Part shown: positions 35,889-46,375 of the stretch, piece after piece | Numbering within the stretch: the stretch's first letter is position 1 | Layout: each line of letters begins with the position of its first letter | Source: an uncultured Polynucleobacter sp. | Lineage (GTDB): Bacteria; Pseudomonadota; Gammaproteobacteria; Burkholderiales; Burkholderiaceae | Direction of reading: 5' to 3' | NCBI GenBank assembly: GCA_964643245.1 | Contig: CAZXSX010000001.1 | Coordinates: 6,288 to 52,662, forward strand | Length of the DNA stretch: 46,375 nt | The notes under the pieces: generated by a model | Told to the model about the DNA's origin: nothing | The model's input: only the letters and a program-made list of their open reading frames with translations | Databases searched by the model: none | Translations under genes and position numbers: made by a program

Positions 35889-37748
35889 ATGAATCGCTAC
35901 CCACTTTGGAAGTACATCTTTATCGCCATTGCATTACTCATCGGCGGACTTTACTCATTACCAAATTTCTACGGTGAGGCTCCAGCGGTTCAGGTCTCGT
36001 CTGCCAAATCAACCATTAAGGTTGATTTGGCAACGCAATCCCATGTTGAGAAAATTCTCTCCGATGCGGATATCAAGAGTACCGGCTTATTTTTTGAGAG
36101 CACTGGGAATGTTGGATCAATCAAGGTTCGTTTTAACAACACCGATATTCAGCTACGCGCACGTGATCTCTTGCAACAGAAATTAAATGTTGATCTAAAG
36201 GATCCCAACTACACAGTGGCATTAAATCTGCTATCCAATACACCGGGGTGGCTCAACGCAATCAATGCTCTACCCATGCCTTTAGGCTTGGACTTACGTG
36301 GTGGCGTCTACTTCCTGTTGCAAGTGGATATGAAGGGCGCAGCACAGAAAAAGGTTACCTCATTAGCAACCGATATTCGCGGCCAATTACGTGATAAAAA
36401 CATTCACCATCAAGGTATCGATCGCAACCCAGATACCATCTCTATTAATTTTGGTAGCGCCGATGAAGCGGATGTTGCTCGAACTCTATTAAATTCATCT
36501 CAGCCTGATCTCATTTGGCTAGTGAAAACTGGTGGTGGCTCTGCAAAACTTACTGGCGAATTTAAGCCCAAAGCATTAAAAGACATTCAAGATAATGCTG
36601 TTAAGCAAAATATTATTACCCTGAATAAACGCGTGAATGAATTAGCGGTTAAAGAACCCGTCATTCAACAACAAGGGGCTGAACGCATCGTAGTGCAACT
36701 TCCAGGCGTGCAAGACACCGCTCGCGCCAAAAACATCATTGGCCGCACAGCCACCCTTGAATCCCGCCTTGCGGATCCCTTAGTAACAACCATTGGAATA
36801 GGAGAAACGCCTCCTCCAGGGATGGACACCTTTCGTTTTGGCGAAAACCGTTTAGGTGTATTCAAAAAATCCGTGATTTTTAGCGGTGACCACATCACTG
36901 ACGCTAACGCAGGGTTTGATCAAAATCAACGCCCTGCCGTAAACATCTCTTTGGATGCTGCTGGTGGCCGCGTTATGCAAGAAGTTACCCGCGAGAATAT
37001 CGGCAAACCCATGGGCATAATCTTATTTGAAAAGGGCAAAGGCGAAGTACTTACCATCGCCACGATTCAGGGCGAATTTGGCTCAAAATTCCAAATCACT
37101 GGTCAACCCACCACAGAGAGTGCAAATAATTTGGCTTTGTTATTGCGCGCAGGATCTTTGGCAGCGCCAATGGAAATTATTGAGGAACGCACTATTGGAC
37201 CAAGTCTAGGTGCCGAAAATATTGAGAAAGGCTTTAAATCTCTACTAATCGGATTTGCAGCAATTTCACTTTTCATGATCGCCTATTACTTGCTGTTTGG
37301 CACGTTCTCTGTAGTTGCATTGGCCGTCAACTTGCTACTGTTGATCTCTGTGCTATCGATGTTGCAAGCAACGCTCACACTACCGGGTATTGCTGCGATG
37401 GCGTTGGCACTCGGTATGGCTATTGACTCAAACGTATTGATTAATGAACGTATCCGTGAAGAATTGCGTAATGGCTCTTCACCACAAACAGCGATTGCGG
37501 TTGGATTTGATAAGGCATGGGCAACTATCCTTGACTCAAACGTAACTACTTTGATTGCCGGCCTTGCGCTTCTTGCATTTGGATCTGGTCCAATTAAGGG
37601 CTTTGCTGTGGTTCACTGCTTAGGTATTCTGACATCGATGTTCTCGGCTGTCTTCTTCTCTCGCGGTCTGGTTAACCTTTGGTATGGCAGACATAAGAAG
37701 ATTCAGAAACTTGCGATCGGCCAAGTTTGGCGTCCACAGGAAAAATAA
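35889..37748 (+). CDS. secD: Protein translocase subunit SecD
   Basis: 'LGLDLRGG', 'RIVVQLPG', 'IGPSLG', 'AIDSNVLINERIREE'. Confidence 0.97.
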   Translation: MNRYPLWKYIFIAIALLIGGLYSLPNFYGEAPAVQVSSAKSTIKVDLATQSHVEKILSDADIKSTGLFFESTGNVGSIKVRFNNTDIQLRARDLLQQKLNVDLKDPNYTVALNLLSNTPGWLNAINALPMPLGLDLRGGVYFLLQVDMKGAAQKKVTSLATDIRGQLRDKNIHHQGIDRNPDTISINFGSADEADVARTLLNSSQPDLIWLVKTGGGSAKLTGEFKPKALKDIQDNAVKQNIITLNKRVNELAVKEPVIQQQGAERIVVQLPGVQDTARAKNIIGRTATLESRLADPLVTTIGIGETPPPGMDTFRFGENRLGVFKKSVIFSGDHITDANAGFDQNQRPAVNISLDAAGGRVMQEVTRENIGKPMGIILFEKGKGEVLTIATIQGEFGSKFQITGQPTTESANNLALLLRAGSLAAPMEIIEERTIGPSLGAENIEKGFKSLLIGFAAISLFMIAYYLLFGTFSVVALAVNLLLLISVLSMLQATLTLPGIAAMALALGMAIDSNVLINERIREELRNGSSPQTAIAVGFDKAWATILDSNVTTLIAGLALLAFGSGPIKGFAVVHCLGILTSMFSAVFFSRGLVNLWYGRHKKIQKLAIGQVWRPQEK

Positions 37749-37751
37749 ACC

Positions 37752-38722
37752 ATGGAATTTTTTAGAATTAAAAAAGATATTCCGTTTATGCGCCATGCAT
37801 TGGTGCTAAATGCTATCTCTTTAATCACCTTTCTTGCAGCAGTTTTCTTCCTCTGGCATAACGGCTTACATCTATCGATTGAATTTACTAGCGGTACGGT
37901 AATGGAGGTGACCTACCCTCAAACGGCGCCACTAGATTCCATCCGCTCTAAAGTTGAAAAATTAGGCTACACAGACACTCAAATTCAAAACTTTGGTAGC
38001 TCACGCAATGTAATGATCCGCCTACCGCTACAAAAAGATGCGGAGGGTAAGCTCATCTCCTCAGCGGACCAAAGTAATGCCGTCATGCAAGCGCTTGATC
38101 CGGCCAGCTCCGGCGTTAAGCTGCAGCGGGTTGAGTTCGTTGGTCCTCAAATTGGTCAAGAACTGGCAATTGATGGCTTAAAAGCGCTGATTTTTGTAAT
38201 TATTGGCATTGTTCTTTACCTCTCCTTCCGATTTGAGTGGAAGTTTGCGGTTGCGGGCATCATTGCAAACTTACATGACGTAGTGATCATTCTTGGCTTC
38301 TTTGCCTTTTTCCATTGGGAGTTTTCACTTTCTGTTTTAGCGGCAGTCTTGGCCGTCTTAGGCTATTCCGTCAATGAGTCAGTAGTGATCTTTGACCGTA
38401 TTCGCGAAAACTTCTGTAAGTATCGCAAGATGAATACCCGCGAAGTGATTGATAATGCAATCACGAGCACTATCAGTCGTACAGTGATTACCCACGGCAG
38501 TACGGAGATGATGGTTCTAGCGATGCTGATCTTTGGTGGACCAACCATGTTCTACTTCGCCCTAGCACTCACGATTGGCATCTTGTTTGGTATTTACTCG
38601 TCTGTATTCGTTGCTGCAGCTTTGGCGATGTGGCTCGGCGTTACCCGCGAAGATTTAATTAAGGGCGACAAGAAGCCAGACGATAATGCGCGCAACGATG
38701 ACCCAAATTACGGGGCACGCGT

Positions 38723-38726
<4 letters not shown>
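37752..38726 (+). CDS. secF: Protein translocase subunit SecF
   Basis: 'VGPQIG', 'HDVVI', 'GYSVNESVVIFDRIRE', 'GIYSSVF'. Confidence 0.97.
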
Positions 38727-41493
<2,767 letters not shown>

Positions 41494-41561
41494 TCAAATA
41501 TCAGTAAGCCTTGATTTTAAGGCTTGAGCAAACCCGTGTTTTGCTGGCTATACTGTGCCCT

Positions 41562-42175
41562 ATGAAACTCATCGGATCCCTCACCAGCCCCTACGTACGC
41601 AAAGTACGCATTGTTTTCTTGGAAAAGAAGCTTGATCTAGACCTTGAGCTGGACCATGTCTGGGCTTCGGACACGAAAATTGCCAATTCCAACCCCCTTG
41701 GAAAGGTGCCTTGCCTGATTTCAGACGATGGTGAGCGATTTATGACTCTAGGGTCATAGCCGAATATGCCGATGGCTTAAGCCCTGTCAGCAAGCTCATT
41801 CCCACCGATAACCGAGAACGCGCCTCGGTAAAAACTTGGGAGGCCTTAGCTGATGGCGTCATGGATGCAGGGATCTTAGCCCGCTTAGAACGTACTTGGC
41901 GCCCAGCCAATGAGCAAAGTTCAGCATGGGTAGATAGACAAATTGGCAAAATCAATAAAGCACTTGAGCAAATGTCAGAAAAGCTTGGTGAAAATGCTTG
42001 GTGTCATGGCAACCAAATGACATTGGCGGATGTTGCGGTTGGATGCGCAGTTGGCTACTTAGTGTTTCGCTTTCCAGAAATTCAATGGCAAACTCAGTTT
42101 CCGAATTTAGATCGTTTGTATCAAAAATTGCTACAACGCGCATCCTTTATTGAAACAGAACCGCCTGCTGCGTAA
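41562..42175 (+). pseudogene. Glutathione S-transferase family protein, frameshifted
   Basis: 'SPYVRKVR' and 'NPLGKVP' precede a 1-nt deletion at about 41735 (GAG [G]CG ATT TAT GAC TCT = E-A-I-Y-D-S). The C-terminal domain 'TLADVAVG' is in the next frame. The span is 614 nt, one short of a 204-aa ORF. Confidence 0.87.
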
Positions 42176-42180
42176 ACGGA

Positions 42181-43293
42181 TTAGGCGGAGATGATCCCGC
42201 CGCCTAGGCAAACATCACCGTCATACATAACAGCAGATTGTCCTGGCGTTACTGCCCATTGCGATTCTGGAAAACTCAAACTGAAGTTTGAAATCTCGCC
42301 ACCTAAACTAAAGCCGCATTCAGAATCTGCCTGACGATAACGTGTCTTAGCAGTATAGTTTCCGACTGCGGGAGCCTTACCAGCAATCCAACTTGCGTCA
42401 ATTGCCTCGAGCTTGTTAGCTAATAACCATGGGTGCTCGTGACCTTGAACCACATACAGCGTGTTGTTTGCCGCATCCTTTCGAGCCACATACCATGCGT
42501 CACCAGTGCCGTCTTGACTACCTCCAAGACCGATGCCTTTGCGTTGACCGAGAGTAAAAAATGCCAGTCCCATATGTTCGCCAACAACTTTGCCTTCCGG
42601 CGTTTTAATAGGACCCGGTTCACGTGGTAAATAGCGGTTTAAGAATTCTCGAAAAGGTCTTTCGCCGATAAAACAAATGCCCGTGGAATCTTTTTTCTTG
42701 GCATTGTGTAATCCAATCTTTTCAGCAATCGTACGCACTAGGATTTTAGGAATCTCTCCTAAAGGGAATAAAACATTCGCCAACTGTAGTTGCGTTAAAC
42801 GATGCAAGAAATAACTTTGATCCTTGCTTGCATCGAGTGCCTTTAATAATTGCACACCTCCATTTTCATGCCGTACACGCGCATAATGCCCGGTAGCAAT
42901 TGCATCCGCACCTAGACTCATCGCATGCTCTAAAAATGCTTTGAATTTAATCTCTGCATTGCACAAAACATCTGGATTTGGGGTTCTACCAGCTGCATAC
43001 TCACGGAGAAATTCAGCGAATACGCGCTCACGGTATTCCGTAGCAAAATTCACCGCTTCAACGTCAATACCGATTAAATCTGCAACCGAAACGACGTCCA
43101 GCCAATCCTGTCTAGCAGAGCAATATTCATCGTTATCATCCTCCTCCCAATTCTTCATAAATAGGCCTACAACCTCGTAGCCCTGCTCCTTGAGCATCCA
43201 GGCAGCAACCGACGAATCCACCCCTCCAGACATGCCAATAACGACTTTCTTGGGGTTGGATGGCGGGATTGCCGAAGAATTGAGCTGGATCAT
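42181..43293 (-). CDS. mnmA: tRNA-specific 2-thiouridylase MnmA
   Basis: 'GMSGGVDSS', 'TPNPDVLCN', 'KDQSYFL', '[10 protein letters not shown]', 'VTPGQ'. Start placed at ATG 43293 (uncertain). Confidence 0.95.
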   Translation of the reverse strand: MIQLNSSAIPPSNPKKVVIGMSGGVDSSVAAWMLKEQGYEVVGLFMKNWEEDDNDEYCSARQDWLDVVSVADLIGIDVEAVNFATEYRERVFAEFLREYAAGRTPNPDVLCNAEIKFKAFLEHAMSLGADAIATGHYARVRHENGGVQLLKALDASKDQSYFLHRLTQLQLANVLFPLGEIPKILVRTIAEKIGLHNAKKKDSTGICFIGERPFREFLNRYLPREPGPIKTPEGKVVGEHMGLAFFTLGQRKGIGLGGSQDGTGDAWYVARKDAANNTLYVVQGHEHPWLLANKLEAIDASWIAGKAPAVGNYTAKTRYRQADSECGFSLGGEISNFSLSFPESQWAVTPGQSAVMYDGDVCLGGGIISA

Positions 43294-43400
43294 CAAAAAA
43301 TGCGAGAATTCAATATAAGCTGATGAGTCATATTGTAAAAGCCTTAACAAAAACTAGCTTATATAAAGGATTATCAATAAGACCGCTGTATTACTAAGGG

Positions 43401-43434
43401 TATCCATATATACGCTAATGCGTATATATGGATA
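43401..43434. repeat. Perfect 15-bp inverted repeat with a 4-nt spacer upstream of pntA
   Basis: TATCCATATATACGC-TAAT-GCGTATATATGGATA. Confidence 0.93.
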
Positions 43435-43479
43435 AAATAAAATGGATTTCTTAAAAATTTTTGCTTTTGGAGACATGCC

Positions 43480-44610
43480 ATGCGCATAGGAGTGCCACTG
43501 GAAACCAAACCTGGAGAAACTCGGGTTGCAGCCACACCAGAAACCGTAAAAAAACTCATTGGCCAAGGCCATACCGTTGTCATCCAAAAGGATGCTGGGG
43601 TTAATGCCCGCCAACCCGACTCTGCCTATGAAGCAGTCGGCGCATCGATTGGTAGCGCCGCCGATGCCTTTGGCGCAGAAATTGTTCTAAAGGCGCGCGC
43701 TCCAGAAGCCTCTGAACTAAAACAAATTAAAACAGGCAGCGTGCTGATTGGCATGCTTGATCCATTTGATAATGACAATATTGCAGCGATGGCTGCGCAA
43801 GGCATCACCGGCTTCTCCCTAGAAGCTGCCCCGCGCACCACTCGCGCACAAAGCATGGACGTGTTGTCATCCCAAGCAAACATTGCGGGCTATAAAGCAG
43901 TCATGGTTGCTGCCAATGAATATCAACGCTTCATGCCAATGTTAATGACCGCAGCGGGTACCGTAAAAGCGGCACGTGTACTTATTCTTGGCGCAGGTGT
44001 TGCTGGCCTACAAGCTATTGCAACCGCAAAACGACTTGGTGCAGTTATTGAAGCATCGGATGTACGCCCTGCAGCCAAAGAGCAAATTGAATCACTGGGT
44101 GCAAAGTTTGTCGACGTTCCATATGAAACCGATGAAGAACGTGAAATCGCCCAAGGTGTTGGCGGCTATGCCCGCCCAATGCCAGAAGCATGGATGAAGC
44201 GTCAAGCAGCATTAGTTGCAGAGCGCGCACAACAAGCAGATATCGTGATTACGACTGCATTAATCCCAGGTCGCAAACCTCCAGTGCTATTGCATAGCGA
44301 TACTGTTGCCAATATGAAGCCAGGCTCGGTTGTTATTGATTTGGCTGCAGGCAAAGGAGATAACGGATCTGGTAACTGTCCACTCACTCAAGCTGACAAA
44401 GTGGTTGATGTAAACGGCGTAAAGATTGTTGGTTACACCAACCTAGCTAGCATGGTTGCCGCAGATGCCTCCGCGCTCTACGCCCGCAACTTAATCGACT
44501 TCTTAAAACTCATTATCGACAAAGAAGCAAAATTGGTAATTCCAAGCGATGACGACATCGTTACCGCCTGCTTAATGTGTCGTGATGGCCAAGCCGTTCG
44601 TAAAAACTAA
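43480..44610 (+). CDS. pntA: NAD(P) transhydrogenase alpha subunit, part 1 (domain I)
   Basis: 'ETRVAATP', 'RAQSMDVLSSQ', 'GAGVAGL', 'TTALIPG'; SD GGAG. Confidence 0.95.
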   Translation: MRIGVPLETKPGETRVAATPETVKKLIGQGHTVVIQKDAGVNARQPDSAYEAVGASIGSAADAFGAEIVLKARAPEASELKQIKTGSVLIGMLDPFDNDNIAAMAAQGITGFSLEAAPRTTRAQSMDVLSSQANIAGYKAVMVAANEYQRFMPMLMTAAGTVKAARVLILGAGVAGLQAIATAKRLGAVIEASDVRPAAKEQIESLGAKFVDVPYETDEEREIAQGVGGYARPMPEAWMKRQAALVAERAQQADIVITTALIPGRKPPVLLHSDTVANMKPGSVVIDLAAGKGDNGSGNCPLTQADKVVDVNGVKIVGYTNLASMVAADASALYARNLIDFLKLIIDKEAKLVIPSDDDIVTACLMCRDGQAVRKN

Positions 44611-44643
44611 TAGCACACCTATACAAGATAAGAAGGAAACATC

Positions 44644-44982
44644 ATGGATCTCGCTGCTTTTCAAAGCATCCTCACTGTCCAAAACATTACCGTGTTTGTC
44701 TTGGCCATTTTTGTTGGCTACCACGTAGTTTGGAACGTTACACCAGCATTGCATACCCCTTTGATGGCTGTGACGAATGCCATCTCCGGAATCATCATTG
44801 TCGGCGCACTATTGCAGACCGAAGTCATTGGCGGCAATGAAATTACCCCTACAAGTGTGATCGGCGCCATTGCTGTTTTCTTGGCCTCAATCAATATTTT
44901 TGGTGGCTTTATGGTTACCCGTCGCATGCTAGAGATGTTTAAGAAAAAAGCGCCTAAAGCAAATGCTGACGCAGCCAAATAA
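44644..44982 (+). CDS. NAD(P) transhydrogenase alpha subunit, part 2 (membrane)
   Basis: '[18 protein letters not shown]', '[16 protein letters not shown]'; has its own SD AAGGA. Confidence 0.93.
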   Translation: MDLAAFQSILTVQNITVFVLAIFVGYHVVWNVTPALHTPLMAVTNAISGIIIVGALLQTEVIGGNEITPTSVIGAIAVFLASINIFGGFMVTRRMLEMFKKKAPKANADAAK

Positions 44983-45023
44983 ATAGAACAAGACCTCGAA
45001 AGAGACCACAAGAGACCAAAACT

Positions 45024-46375
45024 ATGTCAAACATAACCGCAATTTCCTACCTCATTTCATCGGTGTTATTCATCCTCGCTTTGCGTGGCTTATCTTCACC
45101 AACGACTTCACGTCAAGGCAATACTTTTGGCATGATTGGTATGCTGCTTGCAGTCATCACCACTTTCTTTATTCCAGACTTCAAGCCAGTTGTTTCACTA
45201 ATCGCGATCGCTGTTGTTGGTGGCGCCATCATCGGTACTTTGGCGACAAAGCGCGTTCAGATGACCAAGATGCCTGAACTCGTGGCGCTAATGCACTCCT
45301 TTGTTGGCTTATCAGCGGTATTGATTGCGATTGCAGCAGTCTTTAATACTGCACATGACCACACAGGCGCCCAAAAAATTGAATTATTTATTGGTGCATT
45401 TATTGGTGCGATTACCTTTACCGCCTCTGTCATTGCGTTCGGAAAACTCTCTGGCAAGGTGAGTGGCAAGCCAGTAAGCTTCTCCGGCCAGCATTTGCTC
45501 AACCTTATTTTGGCAGTCTCTATGGTTGGCGCTGGCATTGCTTACTACTTAGTTGATAGTCATGCTGCCTTCTTGGCAATGTGTGCCATTGCATTGGTGT
45601 TGGGTGTGACTTTAATCATCCCCATCGGCGGCGCTGACATGCCGGTGGTTGTTTCGATGCTGAATAGTTACTCAGGTTGGGCTGCAGCAGGCATTGGCTT
45701 TACCTTAAATAATCCCGTATTGATTATTGCTGGTGCTTGCGTCGGCTCTTCAGGCGCCATCTTGTCGTACATTATGTGTAAGGCAATGAATCGCTCTATT
45801 CTTGCAGTCTTGCTCGGTGGTTTTGGCGCCGAAGCTGCCGCTGGCGGGGGTGATGATGGCGGCCCTAAGAACTACAAAACCGGCTCTCCCGAAGATGCTG
45901 CTTTCTTAATGGAAAATGCAGACACGGTCATCATCGTTCCAGGTTACGGTCTTGCAGTAGCACGTGCTCAGCACGCTCTTAAAGAACTGACAGAAAAGTT
46001 AACTCATCATGGCGTTACTGTGAAGTATGCGATTCACCCAGTAGCGGGTCGTATGCCTGGCCATATGAACGTTCTCTTGGCTGAGGCTGAAGTTCCATAC
46101 GATCAAGTCTTTGAAATGGAAGATATCAATAGTGATTTTGGACAAGCTGATGTCGTACTCATTTTGGGTGCAAATGACGTAGTTAACCCAGCTGCTCGCA
46201 CGCCAGGTAGTCCGATATTTGGCATGCCAATTTTGGAAGCGTTTAAAGCCAAAACGATTATTGTGAATAAACGTTCAATGGCAGCAGGTTATGCTGGCCT
46301 CGATAACGAACTCTTCTATATGGATAAGACTATGATGGTCTTCGGCGATGCAAAGAAGGTGGTTGAGGAGATGGT
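45024..46375 (+). CDS. pntB: NAD(P) transhydrogenase beta subunit, running off the window end
   Basis: Not in the ORF track because it has no stop in the window. From ATG 45024 the frame includes 'MPELVALMHSFVG', 'IGGADMPVV', 'HPVAGRMPGHMN' and 'FGDAKK'. Confidence 0.95.
   Translation, partial: MSNITAISYLISSVLFILALRGLSSPTTSRQGNTFGMIGMLLAVITTFFIPDFKPVVSLIAIAVVGGAIIGTLATKRVQMTKMPELVALMHSFVGLSAVLIAIAAVFNTAHDHTGAQKIELFIGAFIGAITFTASVIAFGKLSGKVSGKPVSFSGQHLLNLILAVSMVGAGIAYYLVDSHAAFLAMCAIALVLGVTLIIPIGGADMPVVVSMLNSYSGWAAAGIGFTLNNPVLIIAGACVGSSGAILSYIMCKAMNRSILAVLLGGFGAEAAAGGGDDGGPKNYKTGSPEDAAFLMENADTVIIVPGYGLAVARAQHALKELTEKLTHHGVTVKYAIHPVAGRMPGHMNVLLAEAEVPYDQVFEMEDINSDFGQADVVLILGANDVVNPAARTPGSPIFGMPILEAFKAKTIIVNKRSMAAGYAGLDNELFYMDKTMMVFGDAKKVVEEM

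Noticed and set aside
43480-44982. Split pntA as a further pseudogene
   Set aside because: A two-part alpha subunit is a normal arrangement in many bacteria, and both parts are complete with their own SD.

Overview
A gene-dense core-genome segment of a Burkholderiaceae betaproteobacterium, most consistent with Polynucleobacter (inferred from protein sequences, gene order and moderate GC). It holds about 38 genes: AI-2E transporter-hda-HAD-pcnB-folK-panB, dnaJ-dnaK-grpE-hemH-hrcA, nadK-recN, glnE, yhdP-nitrilase-tldD-aroG, a PduO-type adenosyltransferase, glcDEF-yggS-proC, ubiA-recG, queA-tgt-yajC-secD-secF, waaA-purB, a GST, mnmA and pntAA-pntAB-pntB. The dominant signal is ongoing genome erosion. 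Nine of the 38 genes are broken (AI-2E transporter, HAD hydrolase, hrcA, glnE, pduO-like, glcD, glcE, glcF, GST) by nonsense codons, 1-nt indels, 4-bp tandem duplications and one large deletion. Housekeeping genes remain open but carry GC-to-AT substitutions in conserved motifs. This fits a recently derived endosymbiont such as the Polynucleobacter symbionts of Euplotes (inference). Non-coding signals include two clear sigma-32 promoters (dnaK, grpE), a recurring '-10 box 5-7 nt before ATG' layout suggesting many leaderless mRNAs, and several long inverted repeats, one of them an unexplained perfect 15-bp palindrome before pntA. I found no rRNA, tRNA, CRISPR array, mobile element or novel multi-gene system.
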